Part shown: positions 27,216 to 36,461 of the stretch, piece after piece
How positions within the stretch are numbered: position 1 is the first letter of the stretch
How the letters are laid out: each line of letters starts with the position of its first letter
Virus record (IMG/VR): IMGVR_UViG_3300028898_000252
Location: 221,946 to 285,945 of that record
Direction: 5' to 3' (one strand)
DNA length: 64,000 nt
From: a virus
Lineage: Duplodnaviria > Heunggongvirae > Uroviricota > Caudoviricetes
Notes under the pieces: generated by a model
What the model was told of the DNA's origin: nothing
What the model saw: the letters and a program-made list of their open reading frames with translations, nothing else
Databases searched by the model: none
Program-made: the position numbers and the translations under genes

Positions 27216-28638
27216 CTTTCACTTCGGTATCGATTTCTCTAAGTCTTCGTTGTCTTTCTTTAAAGAAATTTTTTAAGTTTGGGTTTGCGGAAGTTCCGCC
27301 ACTAGCTGCTGATTTAACTGCTAAATCTTTGTTTGTGTCTGGTGTATTACTTTCTTCTATTACGTTAAGAGTCGATTTTGCCGTATCTAAAAAGATATTA
27401 TATGTCTTATCTTTTATTCCCATTCTGTTTTTAGCAACATGAAGTGTTCCATAACCTGCCTTTTGAAAAAGACCTAAAATAAAATCTGCTTCTGCGGCCT
27501 GAGCATAAGATTCTGCTAAATTGGTTTCATCAACAACCCCCGACTTGGTTCCATCTTTGTTGGATTGAAGAGCTGTCCAAATTGGACAGAACATTTCTTT
27601 TGCCATTGCTCTTAATTCTCTAATAATCAACTGAAGTTCTATTCTTGTATGTTCATGTTTTTCGGAACTTCTTATAAGAGCTGCATAGTCAACAATGATA
27701 ATATCTGGCTTTAGATTCTTATAAGCCATTTTTTCAATAAATGTTTTTAAATTTGTTACCGTTGGTACACCAGAAGGAAACTCTTTGATTATTAATTTTC
27801 CAAGAATCCCTTTCTCTTTAAGAGAATCAATTTCTTGTTTGACAAGATCTTTATTATCATTTAAATCAGAACAGTCAATTTTTGTTATATAAGAATCATA
27901 TCGCAGTGCGACATATTCTTCTGGCATTTCCATTGTAAAATGGAAAACTGTTTTTCCTCTTAGTAAAGCTTCTGCACCAAACTGGATAAGTAAATGTGAC
28001 TTTCCGTGATTTGTTGGCGCTACAACAATTCCAATTTCTTTTGGAGCTAATCCACCATTTAAAATCACCTTTTGGTCTAATTCAGGTATTCCAGTTGAAA
28101 TTGGAAGTCTTGCTTCCTTTGAATATCTTCTTTCAAATTCTTCTGTATAGTCTAACCCTTGAGATTGTGTGATTCCAAACGAGGCAACTTCTTTTATTTT
28201 TTCAACTACTAAATCATAGTTGCCTTGTTCAACGAATGAAGTCGCTTCCAAAACTGTTTGATATGTTTTTTGTTTTTTGCACCAATCAAGTGATTTTTCT
28301 TTTGCATATTTTAAATCACCTAAATGCTCATTCTTTTTAACTTCTGATAAAAAGACATCAATTCTGTTTTGAAGTGGTTTATCATTTACAAAAGATTCTT
28401 TTGTTAAAGAATCCAAAAGATCTAATGATGGAAATTCTTTATATTTTTCATGATGTTTTAAATAAAGTTTACTTACCGCTTTTAGATGTAAACTATCATC
28501 ATCAAAAAAATCAGGAGAAAAAACTTCTATGAAGCCTTTTGCCCATTCTTTGTCAACAATCATGGCTTGCATAATACGCTCTTGCATTGCCTGATTCCAG
28601 TTTGCGTCAGAGAAAGATCTAGCTATCGAGTCAGTCAT
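27199..28638 (-). CDS. replicative DNA helicase (DnaB/gp41-like)
   Basis: Walker A APTNHGKS, TMEM, IIVDY, TALQSN, AKNR. Confidence 0.9.
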   Translation of the reverse strand: MTDSIARSFSDANWNQAMQERIMQAMIVDKEWAKGFIEVFSPDFFDDDSLHLKAVSKLYLKHHEKYKEFPSLDLLDSLTKESFVNDKPLQNRIDVFLSEVKKNEHLGDLKYAKEKSLDWCKKQKTYQTVLEATSFVEQGNYDLVVEKIKEVASFGITQSQGLDYTEEFERRYSKEARLPISTGIPELDQKVILNGGLAPKEIGIVVAPTNHGKSHLLIQFGAEALLRGKTVFHFTMEMPEEYVALRYDSYITKIDCSDLNDNKDLVKQEIDSLKEKGILGKLIIKEFPSGVPTVTNLKTFIEKMAYKNLKPDIIIVDYAALIRSSEKHEHTRIELQLIIRELRAMAKEMFCPIWTALQSNKDGTKSGVVDETNLAESYAQAAEADFILGLFQKAGYGTLHVAKNRMGIKDKTYNIFLDTAKSTLNVIEESNTPDTNKDLAVKSAASGGTSANPNLKNFFKERQRRLREIDTEVKDVFNE

Positions 28639-28756
28639 TTATTTATGCCCGTTTTATTCCTTTTTTGTTTAGACATGCGAATTCTCAGCTAAAAATAGCT
28701 TTTTTAAATTTGATATCCATTAGTATTACTAATGAGTATCGTTGTTACAAATTTCC

Positions 28757-29740
28757 CTATCTCACCATTTTTTTTAAATCTGATAGGAAATAATCCCAAT
28801 CTTGTGTGTGTTGCATTTTCGCAGCATGCAAAATTTTAACAAATTCCATTTTTCTTAGTAGGTTATTTCGTTCAGAAACTTGTTTGTCGATTTCTGCTAT
28901 CTGTGAAGCAGAGAGGACAGTGGTTGAAAGATACATCAACTGCCAATTTTTTTCAATAGTCTCGAAGTTTTCTTGCAGATTTTTGAGTGCCTTGGATGGT
29001 TTTTTTGTTTCAAACAGTAGTTTATTAGCTTCTTCTTTTATCCACTTTAAATCTTTTTCTTCTTTTGAAAGAATTGGGAAAAGTTTATTTGCTGTTTTTT
29101 CTCCAACCCCTTCAATACCCTTAATTGAATCTGATTCGTCTCCGATCATTGACCGAAGTAAACAAACATTTTCTACTAAGACACCAAATTTTTCTTGAAT
29201 ATAATTCTTTGAAATATACATCTTTTTTAATGGATCATATATCTCAATATTTGGATCAATAAGCAATTGATAGAAATCCTTATCTCCAGATAAGATTACT
29301 TTTTTATCTGGTAAAGATTTTAATTTTGAAGTTGCCAAATAAGCAATTATATCGTCGCACTCTGTATTTTCCACATAAATCTGATATATTGGCAAACAAT
29401 CAAGTAAACTTAACAAAAGACTAAGTTGTTTAGGTTTATTGTTTTCATCATAAAATGGATTAACTCTTCCATCATCTCTGTATTGATGAAATTCTTTTAT
29501 TTCAGTTTGCTTTGAACTATGAGCTTTATAACTTGAATCTATTGATTTTCTTCTTGAGGAAGCACCACCTTGTTCCCAAACAACAACAATTTCTTTTGGC
29601 TGTATTGTTTTTATAGCATATTTCAAAGTGTTAATAAATCCAACAACTCCGCCAACAAGATCGCCATTTGCTGTAACAGATTGATTTGCGGCAAAATTAC
29701 GCATAAAATTATTAAAACCATCTACTAAAAGTATAGACAT
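28757..29740 (-). CDS. 5'-3' exonuclease / flap endonuclease (Pol I 5'-nuclease or T4 RNase H-like)
   Basis: LLVDG, YK, ECDD, SGDKDFYQL, GDESDSIKGIEGVGEKTA. Confidence 0.92.
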   Translation of the reverse strand: MSILLVDGFNNFMRNFAANQSVTANGDLVGGVVGFINTLKYAIKTIQPKEIVVVWEQGGASSRRKSIDSSYKAHSSKQTEIKEFHQYRDDGRVNPFYDENNKPKQLSLLLSLLDCLPIYQIYVENTECDDIIAYLATSKLKSLPDKKVILSGDKDFYQLLIDPNIEIYDPLKKMYISKNYIQEKFGVLVENVCLLRSMIGDESDSIKGIEGVGEKTANKLFPILSKEEKDLKWIKEEANKLLFETKKPSKALKNLQENFETIEKNWQLMYLSTTVLSASQIAEIDKQVSERNNLLRKMEFVKILHAAKMQHTQDWDYFLSDLKKMVR

Positions 29741-29755
29741 TATTTTGTTTTCCTT

Positions 29756-30280
29756 TCAATTGGAAACTGTACCTGTATCAGAAAATACACTTGGATATAT
29801 TTTATCTCTAAACAAGTGACCTGCGGTTTTATGCGTCGCTAAATCTTCATATATCTTTTCTTTTTGCAAAAAAGCCTGATAAACCGTTAACAACACAATA
29901 ATTTTTTGTTGCAAGTCATTGCGATCAAAATCATTATTTACGACATTAAATTTTAATACCAAAATTCGAAAAAGTGCATCGAGTACTGGGTTTACCACTT
30001 GATTTTGAAAATCCGTAATCGAAATTTGATATTTTGTAAACATATCTTTCATGGATAAATTTTTATTTTCTTCAAAAAAGTTTTTGAAGAAAACTTCATC
30101 TTTACCTTTTAACCCACAAAATCTTACTGATAAAGTTTTTTCTTCTCTTGTAAAGAGAAACCTAAAACTATCACCTATAAATGAATTTTTGTTTAAATTG
30201 CTATTTTTTTCCGATACTAAAATATCAAATGGTAAAACTTGAGTTTTATTAATTTTAGATTCCTGTTGATCCAAATCCAT
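29756..30280 (-). CDS. hypothetical protein
   Basis: 174-aa ORF. Confidence 0.5.
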   Translation of the reverse strand: MDLDQQESKINKTQVLPFDILVSEKNSNLNKNSFIGDSFRFLFTREEKTLSVRFCGLKGKDEVFFKNFFEENKNLSMKDMFTKYQISITDFQNQVVNPVLDALFRILVLKFNVVNNDFDRNDLQQKIIVLLTVYQAFLQKEKIYEDLATHKTAGHLFRDKIYPSVFSDTGTVSN

Positions 30281-30728
30281 TTGCTCCTCTTGTCGTTTCT
30301 GTTGCAGTTTCTGTAAAAGAAAGATTTACTTCTTGGGCAGTAGAAGAAATTGTATAAATTATCATTTGAGCAATTCTATCTCCAATTTTAAATTGATGAG
30401 CATAATTGCTATTATTGTTCATAATACATTTTATTTCTCCTCTAAAAGAGATATCAATAATACCACCAGAAGGAACAATTCTTTTCAAGGCAAGCCCCGA
30501 ACGTCCTTCTATTTTAAGAAATCGAGAAATGGAATCATCTATTTCCACATCGGCAAGTTTTAACCCAGTATTAACTGCTCTTGTTTCGCCAGGAAGTAAT
30601 ATGCATTCTTCTGCTGAAAACAAATCGAATGCCGCATCAGCATCGCGTGCTTTTACTGGCATTCTCGCCTCTTCTAGTGCTTTAATGAATTTTATATTTA
30701 TCATCGTCGGATGACTAAATCCTAGCAA
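30255..30728 (-). CDS. dut: dUTPase (trimeric)
   Basis: AAFDL, GRSGLA, GIID..FRGEI, DRIAQ, RGANGFGSTG; the true start is probably the internal ATG (MINIK). Confidence 0.93.
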   Translation of the reverse strand: MLGFSHPTMINIKFIKALEEARMPVKARDADAAFDLFSAEECILLPGETRAVNTGLKLADVEIDDSISRFLKIEGRSGLALKRIVPSGGIIDISFRGEIKCIMNNNSNYAHQFKIGDRIAQMIIYTISSTAQEVNLSFTETATETTRGANGFGSTGI

Positions 30729-30747
30729 CTAGGATATCTCGCGACAA
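30719..30747 (-). promoter_or_regulatory. sigma70-type promoter
   Basis: TTGTCG-N17-TAGGAT upstream of dut. Confidence 0.45.
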
Positions 30748-30764
30748 TGCCACAAGATATTTAA

Positions 30765-32651
30765 TTAATCCAGGCTGTGCTCATCAGTTGGAATGCCAGT
30801 TGTTACAGAAATTTCATCTTTCTCATTATCTCTTAGAATAAAGGCACCGTCACACAACATTAAAATATACTCTTTATATTTTGGATCGTTAAAAACTGTA
30901 ACGAAATCTACTTTATAAAAACTTTTATCTCCTTTTACTTCTCCCGTTAAACAATCAATTAATTCAATTTTTTTCCAAGCTCCTGCACCAGAAATACTAG
31001 CACAGATACCATTTATTGCACATTTTTCTCTATTTTCTTTATATTTTGGGGTTTCACAAAAAGCTCTGAGGTCATCAAAAAGAATTTCGTAATCATTTAT
31101 ACCTTTATCATAAAGAATTTGCAGCTCTGCTTGTCTGTAAGGTCTTGCGACTTTATTCTTAACTGTTGCTACTCTAACTTGAATCCCTTTTATAATTTCT
31201 TGTTTTTCGACAAGCTCTTTGATTTTTTGTGGGGTATAAACTCGTAATCTAACTGACGCAGCAAATGGAATTGCCATACCACCAGGAGTAGTAGTATTAT
31301 GATTTATTTGACCTTCAGCTAAGTAACAATTTGTATTTTCTACTGAAAGATCTAGAACATCAATTTTGCCGTCAACTTTAACAGCGTCAGGATGATCTTT
31401 TAATTCTATCCATCCATTGTTAAACCAGACTTTATGATTTGCGGTTCCTTTTAAAGAACCTAGACTATAAAAAGAATCAACAGAAGGTTTTACGACTAGA
31501 TCTGTTAATTTACTCCATACAGTTTTATTTTGAACAATATCGTAACTTTCAATTTCAATATCATCATTCAATGACAACATACCGACTTCATCAAATGATG
31601 AAATACCATACCTTTCAAATAAATCTTTTAAAGTAACTTCTTCTTCTTTGTAAACGTTATTTTCTATATCCATTTTTATAAATCTTTCTATTTTTTCTTG
31701 TATTTCTCTTTTTTTTAGTTTTAGTATTTCAGATTCCCAAAGTGTCAGAACTTTATAGCCATCAGTTACAAGTGTGTCAATTCTTGTTTTATCTTTTTCC
31801 CAAACTTCTTCTTTATCTACCCTTTTTGTATTATCAGGATTTGCGTGCCAATAATCTCCATAACATTCAATTATTAAATTATTTCCTAAAGAAAAATCAG
31901 GATAAAACCATTTATTATCTAACAATAATGGAGATTCATATTCCCAATTAATTTTTAAATCATTTAAAATATTTCCAACAATAAATTCAATTTTAGTCAT
32001 TTTACACGAATTTAGTTCGTATTTTTTTGGGAAATTAAGATCTCTTTGAAGTTTATTCGCATAAAATTTTGACCAATATCTAATTTTTTTTATTCTTTCT
32101 GGTTTATTTGCTGCAATTTTTAATTGTTCTATACCTCCATTAGTTAACCATTTTTTATAAGATTCTACTCTTCTTTTTTTCACTTCAGGATTTTGAGTAG
32201 CCTTATAAACTTTTAATTTATATTCTTCATTTTGATATAATTTTTTCTTAATTTTAGACTGAAGTTCATGGTTATAAGACTTTTTTAGAGTGCTTCTGTA
32301 TTCTTCTGAATTTATAACTTTTTTATGATTAAAAATCATTTTCTCTTCAATTTTTTTAAAATACTCAACACAAAAAGAAATCTCTTCAGTTGAAATTAAT
32401 CTATTGTTTAAAAACCATTTATAGGCATTTTTTTTATTAAAAAAATATTTATAAAACTTGTAAAGTTTTTCAGCTATTTGTAAATTTTCGAAATATAAAC
32501 AAAAATATCTTATAGAAGATGTCGAAATCGGCATTTCCCCATCTTTATAATTTTGCTTACAAATTTTAAACTCTTCTTTTAGTTTAATTTCAAAAATTGG
32601 TTTATTTTTCTTAATTGTAAATTTGAAATTAAAATAATCTTTTTCATCCAT
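30765..32651 (-). CDS. recA: Vsr-like endonuclease + split intein C-fragment + RecA C-terminal extein
   Basis: YPDF...ECYGDYWHANP...GYKVLTLWESE; intein blocks GTANHKV and VLDLSVENTNCY...INHN; then TTTPGG.AIPF.ASVRL and KNKVARPYR. Confidence 0.9.
   Translation of the reverse strand: MDEKDYFNFKFTIKKNKPIFEIKLKEEFKICKQNYKDGEMPISTSSIRYFCLYFENLQIAEKLYKFYKYFFNKKNAYKWFLNNRLISTEEISFCVEYFKKIEEKMIFNHKKVINSEEYRSTLKKSYNHELQSKIKKKLYQNEEYKLKVYKATQNPEVKKRRVESYKKWLTNGGIEQLKIAANKPERIKKIRYWSKFYANKLQRDLNFPKKYELNSCKMTKIEFIVGNILNDLKINWEYESPLLLDNKWFYPDFSLGNNLIIECYGDYWHANPDNTKRVDKEEVWEKDKTRIDTLVTDGYKVLTLWESEILKLKKREIQEKIERFIKMDIENNVYKEEEVTLKDLFERYGISSFDEVGMLSLNDDIEIESYDIVQNKTVWSKLTDLVVKPSVDSFYSLGSLKGTANHKVWFNNGWIELKDHPDAVKVDGKIDVLDLSVENTNCYLAEGQINHNTTTPGGMAIPFAASVRLRVYTPQKIKELVEKQEIIKGIQVRVATVKNKVARPYRQAELQILYDKGINDYEILFDDLRAFCETPKYKENREKCAINGICASISGAGAWKKIELIDCLTGEVKGDKSFYKVDFVTVFNDPKYKEYILMLCDGAFILRDNEKDEISVTTGIPTDEHSLD
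31296..31673 (-). mobile_element. long split intein C-fragment (about 126 aa) of RecA
   Basis: Starts near MDIENN, contains blocks B, F and G, ends HN, +1 Thr; lacks block A. Confidence 0.85.
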
Positions 32652-32697
32652 TTGACATTTTTGTTCTTATTTTAATTTTTGTGTCTGGTGAAACACA
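32644..32697 (-). mobile_element. atypically short split intein N-fragment (17 aa)
   Basis: CVSPDTKIKIRTKMSNG*, block A only. Confidence 0.85.
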
Positions 32698-33429
32698 AGC
32701 ATCTCCATGTAAGATACCAATTTTTTGTCTTGTCTGATTAACAAGTAAGAGTGTGACTCTTTTATCTTTCAAGATCTGATTAACTTTCATAATACCTTTG
32801 CTAAGAGCTCTAGCTTTGATTCCAATTTGTTGTTGTTCGTAGGTTGCCTCTAACTCGGTTCTAGAAACTGAAGCCGCTACTGAGTCCCACACGATGATTA
32901 CTGGCAGATTGTTATCTTGATTTTTAACAGAGGTGATTATTTGTTCTATTAATTGAAATGTATCTTCGATACATTGTTCTTGGACGAAAATTAATTCGTC
33001 GGTATTGACTCCAAGCATCGCAAGATTCTCCACAGATGTTGCATTTTCAGAGTCAATATAAACTGCTATTGCCCCATTTTTTTGAGCCTGCGCGCATATT
33101 GTTTGCGCAAGAGTTGATTTCCCAGAAGAAGGTTCTCCAAAAACTTCAATTATTCTTCCTTCTGGAATTCCTCCATTTCTTTTATTTGAAATAATATAGT
33201 CTAATTTTATTGCTGATGTTGAGAACCAATTTTTTACATTAGTTGGTGCATCGTCATCTGTTTTAAGATTATAAGCAATCTTTTCTCCGCGGGTTTTGTT
33301 TATTTCTTTAGTGATTCCAGAAATAATTGCCATTCTTTTGGAAGAGGCTTGCTCTTGAGGCTCTAGTAAATTTGTGGTTTTGGGAGTAAGCGATACTTCT
33401 TGTTTGTTGCCTTTTTTAATGTTTGCCAT
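32644..33429 (-). CDS. recA: RecA/UvsX recombinase N-terminal part + 17-aa intein N-fragment
   Basis: GGIPEGRIIEVFGEPSSGKST, YIDSE, WDSVAA, NQTRQKIGILHGDA|CVSPDTKIKIR. Confidence 0.93.
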   Translation of the reverse strand: MANIKKGNKQEVSLTPKTTNLLEPQEQASSKRMAIISGITKEINKTRGEKIAYNLKTDDDAPTNVKNWFSTSAIKLDYIISNKRNGGIPEGRIIEVFGEPSSGKSTLAQTICAQAQKNGAIAVYIDSENATSVENLAMLGVNTDELIFVQEQCIEDTFQLIEQIITSVKNQDNNLPVIIVWDSVAASVSRTELEATYEQQQIGIKARALSKGIMKVNQILKDKRVTLLLVNQTRQKIGILHGDACVSPDTKIKIRTKMSNG

Positions 33430-33475
33430 TTTTCTATCTTCTATTATTGTTCCTTTGGATTATTTTACAATAGAC

Positions 33476-33509
33476 AAAAATAAAGCCAAGTATTTTTAGT
33501 ACTTGGCTT
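33476..33509 (-). terminator. intrinsic terminator
   Basis: 10-bp perfect stem AAGCCAAGTA/TACTTGGCTT followed by TATTTTT on the minus strand. Confidence 0.7.
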
Positions 33510-33534
33510 CAAAAAACCTTAAATAGGTTTTTGG

Positions 33535-34431
33535 TTAAGCTGATGCGTCTTTTTTAATTCCAGCTTTAGCTTTTAGTGCATTCAATTTTGCTATTGCCGC
33601 ACTTGTTGATGTGGCTGAAGTTGAAGCAGAAAATTTCTGTGTTTTTTCATCATCTGTTTCCATAACAACTCCTTCCGACAAAACTTCAGAAGAAGCTTGA
33701 GGTTCAGCAGGATTAACTTCCATGTTTTTAGCTTCGTAGAATGCATCCAATACTTTTCTTAAGTTTTCAGGAGATTTAACAAATCCTTTTTGAATTTCCA
33801 AAATTTTTGGAGCAGATTCTATAAGTTTAGTTCTTTCTTCTGGCGTTTTCGCTAGTGGCGAAGGGCTTATTCTCAATTGAAAAGAATAACCTCTTACTTG
33901 TTTTCCATTCCAAAGTTTGGGTTTTCCAGAGTTGTCTGTTTTTGGAAACACTTTGATTTCAAAGTCGTATCCATCAACAGGATCAAAAACATCTTTATCT
34001 TGATAATCTTCAGATTGTAAAGCGTTATAGATTTGATCTCTTATTTCTTTTGAAAATTCAAAAACTTGAATTCCTGCCGCTTCATTTCCTCTATCTAAAA
34101 GAAGAGAAAAATAGGTTTCATTTGCTTTTAAGTTTTTTGCAACATCCCAATTATCTCTTCGAATTGCATCATATTCTTCTTTTACAGAGTCAGGTAAACC
34201 AAACTGATATGGAGCAACAAATCGTTTATTCGCTTCGAGATTTCTATAAAATAAAATTTCATAGAAAGGTTCATCTGTAACATTATCTGTTGGTTGTATA
34301 AATCTTACTTTATACGTTTTCCCAATTTCAGGTTTCCATGTTGGATAAGCGGGTACAAATTCTTTTTTTGTGTATTGTGGTTTTGGTGTTAGTTTATCTT
34401 TGATTGCTTGTAGATATTTTGGTTGAGCCAT
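33535..34431 (-). CDS. single-stranded DNA-binding protein (gp32-like)
   Basis: WKP....VRFI, PF, DVFDPVDGYDF; located next to recA. Confidence 0.7.
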   Translation of the reverse strand: MAQPKYLQAIKDKLTPKPQYTKKEFVPAYPTWKPEIGKTYKVRFIQPTDNVTDEPFYEILFYRNLEANKRFVAPYQFGLPDSVKEEYDAIRRDNWDVAKNLKANETYFSLLLDRGNEAAGIQVFEFSKEIRDQIYNALQSEDYQDKDVFDPVDGYDFEIKVFPKTDNSGKPKLWNGKQVRGYSFQLRISPSPLAKTPEERTKLIESAPKILEIQKGFVKSPENLRKVLDAFYEAKNMEVNPAEPQASSEVLSEGVVMETDDEKTQKFSASTSATSTSAAIAKLNALKAKAGIKKDASA

Positions 34432-34554
34432 TTTTATTTTTTTCCTTGTGTCTGTGTAATCTAGTCCTCGAATTTTTGGTCATCAATAAGTGAAAATAAT
34501 GACTGGTGTCGGACTGGTGAGACTGTGCCTATAATTAGTATTTTCGAATACTTT

Positions 34555-35583
34555 TTACTCGTTTGCGCGAGTAATTTTCGCGAAAATATTATATTTTTCA
34601 AAACTTAATTTTAGATTATTTTCCACACTAAAACTTGGTTTAGCATAAAAAAGTAAAGCATCATGAATTACAAATAATGGATTGATATGATCCATATTGT
34701 CTTTATAAAAATCACTTAATAATAAAAGTGATAAATCTGCGGCAGAACTTTGAATGTAATAATTTACAACCATATAAGGTTGAAAATTTGCCTCAACTGC
34801 TTGTTCTTTAGAAAGTAGTGGTTTTCCAAAAAGATTGTACAGCTGTCCTTGCTCATATAAAGCATTCAATAATTCATTTTTAAAATTTAAAAACTTTTCA
34901 TTTAAAAGAAAATTTTCTAGTAATTCACTTTCAGCGTGGTTAATCTCTTTGATGTGATCAATATTTGAACCATAAAGAATTTTTAATACCGCTGATTTTA
35001 TATCACTTCTTTCTATAAATTTCAATCCTAATTTAGTTTTTATTGAAAAATAAAGGTCCTGATAGTTTAATTCATCATATCCTAAAATTTGAAAAAGCAG
35101 CGAAGGTTCTAGCGCCGAAAAGTCTATCATGTAGAGATTTTTATCTTTAAAAATTTTTTTTCGATCATCCTTTTTTAAAGTTAAAATTTGTGGACCATTT
35201 ATTACTTTTTGCCTTCCAGTAATAGAAGTTATTCTGTCATAGGAAGCAATTTCTGTTTTTGGTAAAAATGACTCGATTATATGAAAATTTCGCTTATCAC
35301 CAGTAGTTTTATATTCTTCTAACAAATCTTTTAAATTTTCAAGATTCAGATAATCTTCTGATGATTCTAAATTATCTAATATGAAATTAGATCTTTTAAA
35401 GATCTTTTGATAATAGAAATTTGCGTTTTCGAATGTCTCAATTTTTTTTAAAATTGAGCTAATGTTTTTATTTTTTTCTAAAAAATCTTCAACCTCTAAA
35501 TCTGAATCGAGATTCAACTGGTCACAAATTGTTTGTATTTTATCTGCTATTGGGTGACGTACTATTTTTAAAAGTGTAAACAT
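34555..35583 (-). CDS. minimal family A DNA polymerase domain protein
   Basis: TGR, motif A IDFSALEP, motif B R..IK....K..YG, VNYYIQSSAAD, motif C VIHDAL. Confidence 0.8.
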   Translation of the reverse strand: MFTLLKIVRHPIADKIQTICDQLNLDSDLEVEDFLEKNKNISSILKKIETFENANFYYQKIFKRSNFILDNLESSEDYLNLENLKDLLEEYKTTGDKRNFHIIESFLPKTEIASYDRITSITGRQKVINGPQILTLKKDDRKKIFKDKNLYMIDFSALEPSLLFQILGYDELNYQDLYFSIKTKLGLKFIERSDIKSAVLKILYGSNIDHIKEINHAESELLENFLLNEKFLNFKNELLNALYEQGQLYNLFGKPLLSKEQAVEANFQPYMVVNYYIQSSAADLSLLLLSDFYKDNMDHINPLFVIHDALLFYAKPSFSVENNLKLSFEKYNIFAKITRANE

Positions 35584-36461
35584 TATTTAAGTTTTCTTGT
35601 TTCTAGAATTGATTTAAACATTTCAGCGAAAAGTTTTGGATATTTTGGAGAATAATTGGGATTACTTCCCATGTTATATAACAGACAATCATCTTCAAGA
35701 TTTGAAAATTTTAAACCAGCAAGAGCAGCTCTATACCAGAACCACATATCTTCTGTTAGAGGAAATATATCATCATACATTCCAATTTTACTTACAACAT
35801 TTCTTCGAAATAAAACAGAAGCATTTCCAATCGGATTTAATCCATTAAATAGCCAATAAAGACATTCGTCGTGATCTAAAGGTCTTCTTTCTAATAGAAT
35901 ATAATCTTTAGGTTTAGTTTGAACATTTTTATGTCTTCCTATGTATTGAGTACCTAAGATATCTATCTCTTTATTTGACTGTAAGAAAGATACTTGTTTT
36001 TGCAATTTATATTCGTCTATCCAAATATCGTCAGCATCTTGATTTGCAATAAAGTCATATTTTATTTCATTTTGGATTTCCTCATGAAAAACACATTGAA
36101 ATCCGAAATTTCTAGTTTGTGGAATTCCTTGAAATTCAATTTGATTTTTTATTAAAAAAGATTCCTTAATCTTTTCTGATTCTAAATTTTGCAAAAATTT
36201 AGAATATAATTCGATTTCGGTTCCATCTGTTGGATTATTGTAAATAATAAAAATTTTATTTGTGATATTTGGATCTAATTTTTGATAAAAAACAGATTTT
36301 ATACATTCTACTATATATTGCTTTGCATTATAAACAGGAATGATTGTTGCTATTCTGATGCTTCTATCCATGACTTTATATAAGTTGGATGGATAACTCC
36401 TATATTTTCTGGAGTCAATCCGAAAACCGAACTCCCATCCCAGGGTTGATGAAAAATCCAT
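35583..36461 (-). CDS. glycosyltransferase family 2
   Basis: IIPVYNA, RN.G, QDADD, EDM.FW; the true start is probably downstream (MDRSIR). Confidence 0.88.
   Translation of the reverse strand: MDFSSTLGWEFGFRIDSRKYRSYPSNLYKVMDRSIRIATIIPVYNAKQYIVECIKSVFYQKLDPNITNKIFIIYNNPTDGTEIELYSKFLQNLESEKIKESFLIKNQIEFQGIPQTRNFGFQCVFHEEIQNEIKYDFIANQDADDIWIDEYKLQKQVSFLQSNKEIDILGTQYIGRHKNVQTKPKDYILLERRPLDHDECLYWLFNGLNPIGNASVLFRRNVVSKIGMYDDIFPLTEDMWFWYRAALAGLKFSNLEDDCLLYNMGSNPNYSPKYPKLFAEMFKSILETRKLK

Noticed and set aside
25221-28638. Inteins in nrdJ or the helicase, which are common intein hosts
   Set aside because: Both are of ordinary length with no C...HN blocks
28639-28756. Tiny ORFs and a small hairpin upstream of the helicase
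   Set aside because: 11-13 codon ORFs and a weak AT-rich stem; no support for function
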